DNA from: Leucoraja ocellata
Lineage: Eukaryota
Length of the DNA: 64,000 bases
Direction of reading: 5' to 3'
Assembly (NCBI GenBank): GCA_036785375.1
Contig: JAWMAR010000384.1
Span: 124,001-188,000, forward strand
Below the pieces are notes generated by a model that made no database searches, had not been told where the DNA came from, and saw only the letters and a program-made list of their open reading frames with translations. Made by a program: the position numbers and the translations under genes. This document shows, one piece after another, positions 51,100 to 64,000 of this stretch (position 1 is the first letter of the stretch; every line of letters starts with the position of its first letter).

Positions 51100-52135
51100 A
51101 AAAAGGAGCAGGAGTAGGCCATTCGGCCCTTCGAGCTGCACCTCCATTCAATATGATCATGGCTGATAGTCCAAAATCAGTACCCCGTTCCTGCTTTCTC
51201 CCCTATCCCTTGATCCCGTCAGCCCTAAAAGCTATATCTAACTCTCTCTTGAACATATCCAGTGAATGGCCTCCACTGCCTCCACTTGTATGGCAGAGAC
51301 TACCACAGTCACAACTCTCTGGGTAAAAACGTGTTTCCGCATTTCAGTAAGGCCCTACCCCTTCTTTTTAAACTGCAACCCCTGGTTCTTGACTCCCCCA
51401 ACATCGGGCATATATTCCCTGCATCTAGCGTATCCAACCTCTTAAGAATTTTATATGTTTCTATAAGAACCCTTCAAATCCTTCAAAATTCCAGTGCATA
51501 TAAGCCCTGTCAATCTTTTATCGGTTCCACCATCCCGGGAATTAATCTCGTGAATTTACGTTGCACTCTTTCAATAGCAGGAGTTCTTCATATTAGGAGA
51601 CCAAAAGTGCACACAATACTCCAGGTGTGCTCTCACCAGGGCCCTGTACAACTGCAGTATGTCCTCCATGCTCCTGCACTCAAATCCTCTCGCTATGAAG
51701 GCCAACGTGTCATTTGCTTTCTGCACTGTCGACTGTACCTGCATGATTTATTTATGTGACTGATGTTCAAGGACACCCAGGTCTCGTTGCACCACCCCCC
51801 CCCCTCCCCTTTCCCTAATCTGACACCATTCGATTATAATCTGCCTTCTTGTTTTTGCCCCCAAAGTGGATAACCGCACATTTATGCACATAATACTGCA
51901 TAATCTTGTCCAGGTCACCCTGCAGACTCCTAGCATCCTCCTCGCAGCTCACACTGCCACTCAGCTTTGTGTGCCCCGCAAACATGGAGATGTTACATTT
52001 AATTCCTTCATCATCGTCAATATATCTTGTAAATAACCGAGGTCCCATCACGGAGCCTTGTGGCACGCCACTAGTCACTGCCAGCCATTGTGAAAAGGAC
52101 CCGATAATTCCTATTCTTTGCTTCCTGTCTGCCAT
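51100..52135 (-). mobile_element. decayed CR1 fragment, unit 3 (diverged from units 1 and 2)
   Basis: ORF 51815-52135 VTSGVPQGSVMGP..FAGHTKL. Confidence 0.85.
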
Positions 52136-53500
52136 ACAAGTTCTCCATCCATATCAATACCCTACCCCAATGTTACCACATTATTTACCATATCATCGTT
52201 CGATTCATCACCTTATCAAATGCCTCCTCGAAATTATATCTGCCTGGCATTGTACTTCTTCAAAGCCTTTGGTTAAATTGGTGAAACATCGTTCATGAAT
52301 TCATAAATTGTAGGAGAATTAGGCCATTTGGCCCATCAATTCTACCTCGCAATCCTATCACGCTTGGTTTATCTTTTCTTCTCAACCCCATTCTCCTGAC
52401 TTCTTCTCATAACCCTTAACACTGTTACTAATTAACAACCACTCAATCTCCACCTTAAAAATATCAATCGACTTGGCTCCCACAGCCTCCTGCGGCAACG
52501 AATTCCACAGATTCACCACCCTCTGTCTAAAGGAATTCCTCCCCGTCCTTTCTAAATACACGTGCTTTTATCCTGTTTTTGTATTTTATGCTTTGATCCT
52601 GTTTTTGTATTTTGTTTTTGTGTTCTGGCCCTCTCCAAAGAAATGCTTTCCTTACTACCGACTTGTAAATTAACTTCACCACCCTGCACCAGCACTCCCA
52701 AGCCCCTCTGCTCTCATTTCTAAATTATCTCTCTTTCTCAACAACATTTTGACTTTTGCGAGATAACCTGGATCATTTTGTCAGTGCCCTTTATATCGAT
52801 TGGGTAACAGCTTGCAATATTTCTCCAGGACAGATGTGCAACCAACTGGCCTGCGGTGGACGACTTTCTGTCTCCCCTTCTGGATAAAAATGAATACCAA
52901 GGAACGTCCATGGTAGTTTTGAAATAAAAAAACTCAAAGCAATGAATTCAGCGCTGCAACGGAATGAATTAAGACTCCAGAATGCAATACAATAGATCTT
53001 AACGCCCTGTCAGCCCGTGTCTCTATCGACTTCCTAATGATTGCAACTTTTGTGAGTTTGTTTCTTGCTTCCGTGTCTGCAGCCGTTTCTGGGATGTTAA
53101 GTCCATGTTCTGTGGAGCAGACCGATGAAAAATTACCATTTAATTTATCTGTCATCTCCATGTCCCCCTTTAATTATACGGCTGCGAATTATTTGTAGGA
53201 AAAGGACAAATGTATTATTTTATAACTATTTGGAAGCTTAAGGTGATTAGTGCAAAGTCTCTACAGTGCCACCATTCAACACAGCTGACCTCTTTTACTC
53301 AGTAAATAAGAGCCTGCTCTCACACAACAGTTCCCGTGTGAGTCTCAGAGCTTCTCTCCCCCTCCCCCCGCCGCCGTTGAGTTCACCGTTGTCTGCTATT
53401 CTCCTCCCACTTAAAACAACATGAATATTTCTTTCTCCCAAAGGGCTGGAGCTGCAGAAATATCATTTTACCCCGATCCAATAATTCAGTGAATCGGTGT

Positions 53501-53537
53501 CACGTGGATAAAGATTTGCATGAATAATTAATAATTA
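53501..53537 (+). promoter_or_regulatory. IgL promoter copy 3 (CACGTG; octamer 53514-53521)
   Basis: same module as copy 1. Confidence 0.85.
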
Positions 53538-53620
53538 GTGACTGAAGACTTTAAAAGAGAAACTTGGAAAGGGCTCAAAACCGCGCTTGTGCAGCAAAAT
53601 ATTCCCTTATAACCTTCAAC

Positions 53621-56600
53621 ATGGCTGTATGGGTTTGGGTTCTCGCCTTGGTGACCTGTTTCCACTGTGAGTAGAGCGCAGATTGATTAATGCTGTATCG
53701 TTTTACATTCTGCTGTGTTTTTTTCTAATGGTTCTGTATATTTATCTGTTATTTCTATCAGCTATAAACGCGGAGAATACCTTGACTCAGAGCCCGGCTA
53801 TATCACAATCGCCGGGAACAACCGTGAAAATCACCTGTACACTGTCAGGGGGCAGCATCAGTGGCTGGCACTCGAGCTGGTACTGGCAGAAGCCGGACAG
53901 CAGCCCTGTCTTCGTGTGGTATCAAACCTCCACCAGAGGCACCGGAATTCCAGACCGATTCACGGGATCCGTGGACTCATCCACGAACCAAATGCATTTA
54001 ACCATCACCAACGTGCAATCGGAGGACGCGGCCGATTATTACTGTGCTGTGTGGGATGGCAGTACATACACCTTTGGGAGAGGAACCAAACTGAATCTGA
54101 GCAGTAAGTAAAGTATTCACGGTGTGAAACAACGAATGGTTGAACTTGGGTTTTGCTTTCCATCACAAATCCTCGGTAGAAATATCCTATTAGACCTAAG
54201 TAGAACACAACGGGCCAGCCAGCATCTCCGGTAGACGTATAGATGGGCAATGTTTCGTGTCGGAATCTTTGCGAGAATTTCCCGAACGGAAATATCATCT
54301 TTCTTTGTGGACCAGAGATGCTCTCTGATCCGCTGGATTACTTCAGCACTTTGTGTTGTACTCAAGATGCCAACATTCGCGGTTCCTTGTTTCTCCTACG
54401 TGAAGTTGTGTTTTTTTAATAATCCTTTACCTCCATCCCTACAACACTGAGAAATCTGCGCTCATCTATCCGTGGCTTCTTGATCATCGTGGAATTTAAT
54501 GCCTTCGCAGACTGGCAGCTGTGCTTCAAAGTTGTTAAATTCTGGAATGACCTGAAAGTCTATTTCCCACTTTCTTCCCTGATGTTCACGAAACCTGCTC
54601 CTTTAACAGGAATACTGATTCTCTGATTTGAAGTATCCTCAAGTGGCGGGTTCCATGTGAGACTGCTGCTATTGGTCACTTTGCTTCAATATAAGCGGAA
54701 TGCAAACCAAAACTGTTGCCGTTACTTGAACAAATGTTTGGGAAATTATGTGATAACTTACAGTATATTGTGGACACGGATAATACCAACTCTGATAGTG
54801 GACCAAATAGAATCATTGGAAGCATCCAAAGGAAAGTTAATAAACATTTGGCAAGGGATGTCGGTGAATTTAAATGGGATATTTTTGGAATTGCAAATAC
54901 CCATTAGGGCAAATTGCGCGAAGTTGATTTCTGATCGTTTTAATGATACCATGAGGGTGAAGTGGCGTTTAGACAGGTTTACACGCGCTCCCTACAACAG
55001 CGCTAAAACTAATTGTCAGGGAAAAGGTTAAAAACAATATTTAAACGATTCGCACGGCAGCATTTCAATTCCCTTTACGCGAAAGCGTGGAGGATTGTTG
55101 CAAGTCTGATTCAGCTCCGAAATTAGAAACAAGAGCAGAACCGGATTCTGGTTCATTCCTCGTTCAGCGAGCCATTGCCACCTTAGCTGATCACATTTGT
55201 GTGGATATGCCGTCAGACTCTTTGTACCCTTGACTCTTGTAGATCCTGCAAGGGATTTTGATGCTGGTTCTCCGATTGCCATCGAGAGTATGATATAGCA
55301 GAAAACGCAGACTGCTCATTATGCTGTTAAACATGATCCCTCTGAGTGTTGATTTTTTTTACGGGCAGGCAGTTGGTAGACCGACATGTCAAAAAAGCTT
55401 CAAAGAGCGAGACATCATTTTGCCATTTTCGGATAAATTAATGCAGAAATGGGCACACGTGTATACGAGGTTACTGCTGAATTGCCTTGAATCGTACGAT
55501 TGGAAGGAAATAGTACAGCGTCTTTAAATTCAGCATTAGCTTGAAATGTTTTTTAAAGTCCGAATATGTTGGATGTTAAACCCAGAGCTGTCTGGACATG
55601 TGTCAGAAGGAATTTGAATCTGACCAAAACATTTCTTTAGTTTTACCTTTCATTTTTCTGCCCGCCACCATCATTGAATCATGAACTTTCTGGACGATGT
55701 GGAAGATTCACTAATAAGTAACATTCTAAAGACTGTTCCGGGATAGAATTGGGATTACTATTTAAACAAGCATTAATTTGGAAATGCTGCTCATTCTGCC
55801 AGGATTAGTTGTATTTACATTTTTTCTGCCCGTTTCCATGATCTGTAGAAAATCGTATGTTATATGTTTTACCAAACCTCGGATATACCCCCATAAAAAT
55901 TAACTTATCATGATCCTGCTGTATAAAATGAGGTTTATAAATGAACGGTACTTGTAAAGCCAGTGCAGTACACGGCCATAGAGCCACTGAGTTATGCAGC
56001 GGCGGAACAGTCCTTCAGTCCAGCTATTTCATGCCGACCGGGTTGCCCTACTTGAGCTGGTCCCATTTGCGCGTGTCAGGCCCATATCTCTTTGAACATT
56101 TCTTATCCAAGTATTAATTCAAATGTTTATTTAAATGGTGTTATTGTACCTGCCTCATCAACTTCTTTGGGGAACTCATTCCATGGAGTCAACGCGTTAT
56201 GTGAACACATGTTGCCCTGAACCTAAACCCACTAATTCTTCATTCTCCTACTACGGGGAAAAGACTCCCTGTGCTAACCCTATGTATTCCCCTCGCGATT
56301 TTGTAACCGCCATGCGATCACCCTAAGGTCTTCTACACTCCAAGGACTAACGTCCTCGCATATCCAATCTATCCAACGAGTCGGCATATATCTTGCCTGG
56401 AGTCATTCCAGCTGAATCGATTCTGACTTTTCAATCAACTGATAAATAATTCATTTGTATTTATTTCAATTCTTTATTTCCAGGTCCTCGCTCCCCCACC
56501 GTTTCCATTCTGGCGCCATCAATGGGTGAAGTCACCGCAGAAAGTACCGCCACCCTGGTGTGTTTGGTGAGCGGGTTCAACCCGGGCGCTGTGGACATTA

Positions 56601-56806
56601 AGTGGACCGTGGACGGCAGTGCGAGAAGTGACGGCGCTGCGACCAGCCGGTTCCAGCAGGAGAAGGACAACTCGTTCAGTGCGAGCAGTTACCTGACTCT
56701 GCCAGCCGCCTACTGGAACTCACACGATCTTTACTCCTGTGTGGTTAAACACGAAACCCAGGCAACCCCGATTAAGGCAGACATCACCAGATCCAGTTGC
56801 CTCTAA
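53621..56806 (+). CDS. IGL: immunoglobulin light chain, lambda/type II, germline-joined, copy 3; exons 53621-53666, 53762-54103, 56484-56806
   Basis: intact frame and splice sites; CDR1 GGSISGWHSS, CDR3 AVWDGSTYT; AATAAA 56986-56991. Confidence 0.95.
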
Positions 56807-57834
56807 TTCAAAGGATCAAATTCCCGATTTGCTCCATTTCTTTGTAAATTAATCCAATATTCAGATATGGAATGTTCGCTTTAACAGGGTATTTGTTCAA
56901 ACGCAGCACGTGTGCATTTTGTTGCCGTGAATGCGCTGTTGGTATTTTACGATGAACTGAAAAACGATAATGTAACATTTAATGCAATAAAACAGATTAA
57001 TCTACTTACAATGCATCGTTGTCATTTTCTCTGCAAATGTCCTTGCCTTCAATAGAATAAAAACAATAATGTCCGATGATGCCAGTGTGTAGAAACTGGC
57101 GTTTTGTGAAACGTTGTTATATTTCAAATAAAGTGCGTGTTCATGATTGATCGTAGATCCATGTGTTAGGGTGTTAGGACAGTTGAAGGGACCGCTTGCA
57201 CATACCCCCCCCCCCCCCCCCCAGATAGAAGATATTAGGTGCAAACCAGTGTCTCCTATTTTGGATATCCCAAAAATACGGAAGCGCAGTCTTGGCATTA
57301 CGCTAATATGCTTGAAGTACCCAAATGTGTCCAATCGTTCCGCACTAAATATCACAATATATCAGTGTTTATACCAGGAAAAACGCGATGACAAGTGTGG
57401 GTTGACGGATTAGTTAACCGCGGCATTACCGTGGTCTTTAATCAGCTCAACATTAATCACCAGAAGTGGTCATATATTTAAACAGTATAACGAGAGGAAT
57501 AAATTTCAGGCTCGTAGGGGTGAGCCCAGTTGGCAGAGGAATGCGGGGGCTGGTGGGCAGGAGAACTCATCTCTGTACCGTAAAATAAAGTTGTCTGGCT
57601 GCTCACAATAACACAAGATGTAGCTTCGAGTAAATGTTCATCCTGCATGAAGTGGCGCTGCATTCGACGATGTTCTGTGGTCCCTGCAGTTATCTTGCTC
57701 TTAGATGCTGAATCAATCCAAAAATATTGACATAATCTGCAGCACCTTTGGTATATTTACAGTTCTTGTCATTTATGGGGAGGCAAATGTAAACTGCTTG
57801 ATGTGAAAATGCTGGTATTGCCCAAGATGCAATT

Positions 57835-59183
57835 CGGTGCATTAAAACAATATATCAGGAGCCTACAGCTAGGATTGAGGTAAATGGAAACATATCAAAA
57901 CGGATCCAGTTAGAGAGGGGCACAAGGCAAGGATGCTGTCTTTCTCTTACTCTCTTCGTTTTGTATATTGAACCCTTAGCACAAGCAATAAGGCAGAGAG
58001 AAGACCTGCAGGGGGTCAAAATGGGGGGAAAGAACATATAATTGGTCTTTTCGCTGATGATATCATTATTTTTCTTGAACGACCAGATATATGTCTCCCA
58101 AATGTAATGAACCTATTTGAAACAAATGGATACTACTCAGGGTATAAACTGAATATAACAAAAACACAAATTATTTCATTCAATTATTCTCCATCCCAAC
58201 AAATCAGAGATGCATATAATCTGAAATGGAATTCTAAAACGATGCAGTATCTTGGTGTAACTATAACCAAAACACTTTCCAACTCGTTTGAAACTAATTA
58301 TAACAAAATTGAAGAAAACATCAAAAATGATGTTGAAAGGTGGTCGACCCTTCCTCTAGACTTCAGTGCCAGAATACAAACGGTAAAAATGAATATCCTA
58401 CCTAAACTACTATATTTATTCCAATCTCTCCCAATTAATGTCCCCCGAGATAAATCCATAGCCTGGGATAAAATGATCTCTAGATTCATTTGAAATAGCA
58501 AAAAAACAAGAATAAAACTAACAACACTTCAACTGCCGAAAAGCAAGGGTGGAATGGCTTTACCAAATCTGAGGAAATACATTTATGTAGCTCAACTCAG
58601 ACCTCTGTTGGTGTAGACCTGATTATGAATCTCGATGGAAAGAAATTGAAAGGTAGATACAGGGTTACCAGATCCAGATTTTGGTGGGAGACTAATATCT
58701 GAGAGGGGCTTTGAGACACGCTATGGACCACATAGTAGCATTTACGTTAGAAATATGTAATGTTATAGTGGAAAAATACAAATTAAAAAGAGGGGTTCAC
58801 GCATTGAAGTGGTTCGCATATGACTCAAAGTTTAACCAGGGGTGTATGATTCAAAATTCAAAGAATGGGCACAAAAAGGCATAATGGCAATGTATACAGT
58901 TTCAGAAAATGGCGAGTTTATGAGCTTCCAAGATTTAAAGTCAAAGTCTGGTCTCGAAAACAAAGATTTTTTTAGATACTTGCAATTAAGAGACTACTTT
59001 ACAAAAGAGATAAGGCCAGAACTAGATGAAACTTCAAATAATGTGATCAAGGTGATTGTCGATGCATACAAACAGAAGGGGTCTCGGGTCAACTCTGCTT
59101 TCTACCAAGCTCTGATGGGAAGCGGGGGAGAATCAACGCTCTACATAAAAACAAAATAGGAAGCAGAATTAAAGATTCAGATA

Positions 59184-59261
<78 letters not shown>

Positions 59262-60480
59262 GTTTATTTATATAGCACATTTATAGTCAATTTTCATTGA
59301 CCCCAAAGTGCTTTACATAATTTAAAAATCAGTTCCATACAAAGCATAAAGATGGGTTAACAAAATAATAAAATGCATAAACAGGACACAACATGTAACA
59401 TAAACATCCACCACAGCATTCATCACTGTGGTGGAAGGCACAAAAAATTTTGGCCGTCCTCTTCCATTTCCCCCCCCCCCCCCGTGGACAAGACCAGAGT
59501 CCAGAGTCCATTCCAGGATCGGTCTTTCCTCACCGGAGACCGCGGCTTCAAGGTTGTGTAGGCCGCAGGCCGGCGGTTGAGATTTAAAGTCCCCGCCGCA
59601 GCCAGAAGCACCGTAGACTGCAGGGCCAGCGGTCGAAGCTCCCCTCCAGGGGTGATGGTAAGTCCATGCCGGGCCCGCGGTAGAAGTTATCCGTGGGCCG
59701 GCAATGGCGGCTTCTTCTTCCCCCATAAGAAGAATGGTATCAAATGTGTGAAACACAATGTCCTTCCACAAGCACACTAGTATGGAAAGAGTTTTGCTGG
59801 AAGAATCTATCTCGCTTTTTTTTATAAGCAGCAAACTCGCTGTCCAACAACACTGTTGGAGGCTGTGTGGGAGTACGGAGGCAGACCACTCGCATATTTT
59901 CTGGAACTGTGTAAAGATAAGGCCATACTGGGAAAATGTTAATGCAGCTGTAAAAAATATCTTGGGTTATAAAATCCCAAATACCTGCCATGTGATGTAT
60001 CTGGGGCGTATTAAAGATATTGTAAAAATAAAAGATACATATTTGATTAAAGTTTTGCTTGCAGCAAGTAAGAAGACCATTACCAGGCAGTGGCTTAATG
60101 AAAAAGTCCAAAACAGGAACAGTGGTTAGAAATTGTGCGAGACATCTTTAATATGGAGAAATTGACATATTCCTTGAGAGTCAAGGAAAATTCATTTGAG
60201 AAGATCTGGGAATAATGGACCATTTATTTGAGCCATGACACCAATTAGATAAATGCCGAGCTAGATATGGGAAGATTGCGTTATATAGAACTAGATGGTA
60301 TGTTTGTATGAATATTGAATTATCTCCAGATAACTAATCAATGTAATGTTTTTGTTCTTTTTAAGTTGGTAAAGAGAACCATACGGTCTTATTCCAATTT
60401 TTTTTAAATTTACTTCTTTTTTATCCCCTATCTACTTATTTTTTTATTTGGATTGGTGTTTTACTTACTTTGTTTTATTT
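57835..60480 (+). mobile_element. decayed L1/Tx1-clade fragment, unit 3
   Basis: paralog of 31525-34200. Confidence 0.85.
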
Positions 60481-63400
60481 ATGGTGATGGTGTTGCACGG
60501 TTTTGTATATATCTCTTAAAAAACAAAGAAAATAAGTTGACCATTTGACCGCGTGGGCAGAAGATACTGATGCAGTCTCCGATTATAACGGTAGATGGCG
60601 CTGCCGTACCTTACATCTGTGATGAAGCTCAACACGGCCAATTCTGAAATGGGTCAAACGCAATATTGTGTCTGAGGTCACGTACAGGCCAGACCAGCAA
60701 TAATTGGATTATTTTCCCCTTGAAGGATATATTTGGGATCCAGTTGTATTGTAATAATCAATCATACAAACTGATGTTTCTTCTGAAATATTCCAGACAC
60801 TTAACATAATTTAGATTCCACACCTCCCCTGTTGAAATATGTCTGGATATGTGGTCAAGGCCTTTGCGTGATGTGATATCGGGTTGAAACCGTTGCTTAT
60901 CTTCACTTCCTTCACCTTTGCAGGGAGCGAATAGGAGGAATCTTTCACTGCATAAAAATATTCTCCTTTCATTCCGATTCAGCCACGGTTTAACCAAAGC
61001 TTGAGAGGTAACCTCTCTGCTTACTCGATACTTCGTTCTTTGAAACCTCACATATATCACAGGTTTTTGCTCACTACTCTGTCATATGCTGAGAATAGAG
61101 CAGCTGGGCTTGTGCACTCTGAAGGATGAGAGGATATCTCATTGAAACATATACGATTGTTAAGGGTTCGGACACGCTAGAGGCAAAAAACACATTGAAC
61201 CCACATTGCCTCCCCCTCCCCCTCCCCTCCACGCACGAGGCAAACTATACAAGCTCATACTTCTCTGTGATAGATTTCATCCATCATTTACCTACTCATT
61301 CTCCTGTCATATTGAAGTTTGAAGTGCTCGCTGAATACTCTCTCCCTCTCCCGCGTGTAAGCCGCTATTCCATCATGATTGTTGATGTGAATATATTGCT
61401 GGGGATAGAGGAGAATTAAATCATTGGCCAAAATGCTCGTGCATACTGAATGTGAATAATGGGAATGTTACCTCCGGGAGAGACTTTAATATTAATTTTG
61501 GACAAACATGAAGACAGTTGCAAACAGGATTTTGTACATTTGAGTGGGTTTTGGTCCCAGGATTTTAGCCCCAGGTTTTCCATCTATCCAATTTGCCAAG
61601 GTGTTGAGTGTCAATGGAAGTCATAAAGACTTAAACAACGACGCATGACATAAATAACTTAACATTGTTCTCTTAAAAGAAACAAACAGAAAATCCAATT
61701 ACAACTCATTTTAAACCGAGAACTCTTGTTTGCAGAAACATCGCATACACGTGGACTGTGACAGAAAATACACAGGAATAACTGATACATACATAATACA
61801 TGTACATAAGAAAGAAAGAAACAAGATTGCGATCAAAAACATAATAAAAAAAAAACACGTCGATAGTGTACAAGTTTTGGGGCATAGTGTCCCGTTATGG
61901 AGGCAGGATTAGGGGTATGTAGGTCCTTCCAAAATCTGGATAGTTGTAGGTAAGTAGCTGTTCTTAAACCGGGTGGTGTACATTCTGTAGTAGATCTGTA
62001 AACGTTTGTTGGAGTATTTGGAGACAAAGTATTTTTTTGAATTCTTTGAAAGTAGAGGCATTTGCGCTCATTCGCGGATGCATTTGTTTGCTGGGCCCGG
62101 TGTTAATGCCTAGAATTTAAAGCTTATATCCCTCTCCACAACTGCTCCACTAAAACAAACTGGCCTGGGGTCCCCGGACTTCCTCTTTTTGAAGTCAGCG
62201 ACCAGTTCCGTCTTGTTGCTTTGGAGCGAAAGGTTGTTGTTCTGACACCACTCAACCAAGTGTTCCGTCTCTCTTCTCTATGTTGACGCAGCACCATCAG
62301 TGATTCATCCAAACAGAATGGTGTTGGGGGTGGATCAATAGATGACATTGGAGCTGTGCTTCATTCCATGTGTGTACAGGAAGTAGAACAGGGTGTAAAG
62401 CCGCAGCCTTGAAATGCACTGTGTTGTTGGTCAATGGGGAGGAGATGATGTTCCCCATCCGCACTCGGTCACTTGAAGCTAAGTCACCAAACAGTAAAAT
62501 GGTGACTAAACTGATTGTAACCACTGATCTGCAGTCCCAGCCACCCCTGGTAACATATCACTACCCCACCTTGTTTATTATGAATATTTCTACCTTTGGA
62601 AAAAAATAAAGACTGCTTCTACCACATTTTCAGAAACGTAATTGATGAGGCTTTCTCCATTCTGAGAGATGTGTTTTGTTTCTTCACTTTTTGAAGTAGG
62701 CATTTATTTTTGTTTAACCGGTGACGTTTAGTTTTAGATTACCCCAGCCGAATTGTCCTCACCCTTCACATGCTGTTAAGACCCCGCATAATCACCTGTG
62801 CTTCAATTAAAGCTCCTCTCATGCTTCAAACTGTCGAGCACTCGCTCGTTGCAGATATGGGTCTATTAGTAACCATTTTCTGAATTGCTTCAAAGGCATT
62901 TACATTTCAATACTCTGCTCGATTCTGCGATGAAGAATAACTGAAACACTAAGACCCTTTCTCTTTTGTATTCGGTTTTTCTGGCGTTAGATGCTAACAC
63001 TGTTACCTTTCCTAGGCAGTTGTTGTACCTCTTTCTAGCCTGTGGCGAATCCTCACCAACAATTCGAAATAATTCTGCATCTCAAAACACTGAAAATTGT
63101 CAAAATGTAAATATGAAGGGCCTCGACCGGAAACGTTAACCATACCTTCTCTCCAGAGATGCTGCCTGTCGCTCTGTTACCCCAACTTTTTGTGTCTATA
63201 TTGTAAAGAACATTCTTTTGTATCAATTACCCGGCCAAAATTGACATTTCACATGTTCCCACATCCCGCATTTACCAGGCCTTTGCCCATTCACTGCAAC
63301 TATCCACATCCACGGTGGACTTGTTTTGTTCTTCATGTCATTAACAAATTCAACAGCCAACATTTTTTTTTTAGCATTTTTGGAAATTGTGGTTCCAGCG

Positions 63401-63521
63401 TTGATCTATGAGGCACATCAGTTTTTGCATCTTTCCAACCCGAATTTTGCCTATTTATGCGTGTTCTATGTTTCAAACTAATCGCCCAATGTTCTTTTCT
63501 TAACCATAAATACCAAGACTC

Positions 63522-64000
63522 GTAGAAAATAGGTGCAAGAGTAGGCTATTCGGCCCTTCGAGCAGCACCGCCATTCAACATGATCATGGCTGATCATCCA
63601 AAATCGGTATCCCGATCCTGCTTTCTCCCCATATCCCTTGGTTCCATCAGCCTTAAAAGCTATATCTAACTCTCTGTTGAATACAACCAGTGATTTGGCC
63701 TCCATTGCCTTCTGTGGCAGAGAATTCCACAGATTCACAACTCTCTGCGTAACAAAAGTGTTTCCGCATCTCTGTCCTAAATGGCCTACCATTTTTTAAA
63801 ACTAGGACGCCTGGTTCTGGATTCCCCATCATCGGGAACATTTTACATGCATCTAGTGTATCCAATCCCTTAAGAATGTTACATGTTTCTATAAGAACCC
63901 CTCTCATCCAAAATGCCAGTGCATATAAGCCCACTCGATCATATGTCAGTTCCACCATCCCGGGAATTAATCTGGTGAACCGACGTTGCACTCCCTCAAT
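63522..64000 (-). mobile_element. decayed CR1 fragment, unit 4 (cut by window end)
   Basis: paralog of 23683-24160. Confidence 0.85.

Larger units (their letters stand above)
17180..64000 (+). repeat. tandem segmental duplication of ~13-kb units, each with one IgL cluster; partial units at both ends
   Basis: IgL start codons at 27280, 40021 and 53621 (spacing 12741 and 13600); the same order of TE fragments recurs in each unit; 60540-64000 repeats ~19780-24160. Confidence 0.95.

Overview
Eukaryotic genomic DNA from a cartilaginous fish (inferred from the Ig light-chain class and cluster organisation; the species cannot be determined here). Two immune loci lie head-to-head in repeat-rich sequence. 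(1) Minus strand, 7098-12905: a multi-exon gene that I reconstructed by hand; the ORF track shows only its first exon. It encodes a ~230-aa type I receptor with a signal peptide and one germline VJ-type IgV domain, a transmembrane segment with an Arg (NKp30/NCR3-like), a CD28/CTLA-4-like FG loop (LNPPS) and a putative Tyr-motif tail (YTN, ITSM-like TTYAEI). (2) Plus strand, ~17-64 kb: a tandem array of ~13-kb units with three intact, germline-joined (L-VJ-C, no RSS) lambda/type II Ig light-chain genes. Each has an octamer promoter, near-identical flanks and C exon, but strongly diversified CDRs. A fourth unit runs off the window end. The rest is CR1, Rex1/Babar and L1-like fragments, MITEs/foldbacks, a short element with a hammerhead-like motif, and a gapped pentanucleotide satellite. 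All alignments and counts were made by eye.
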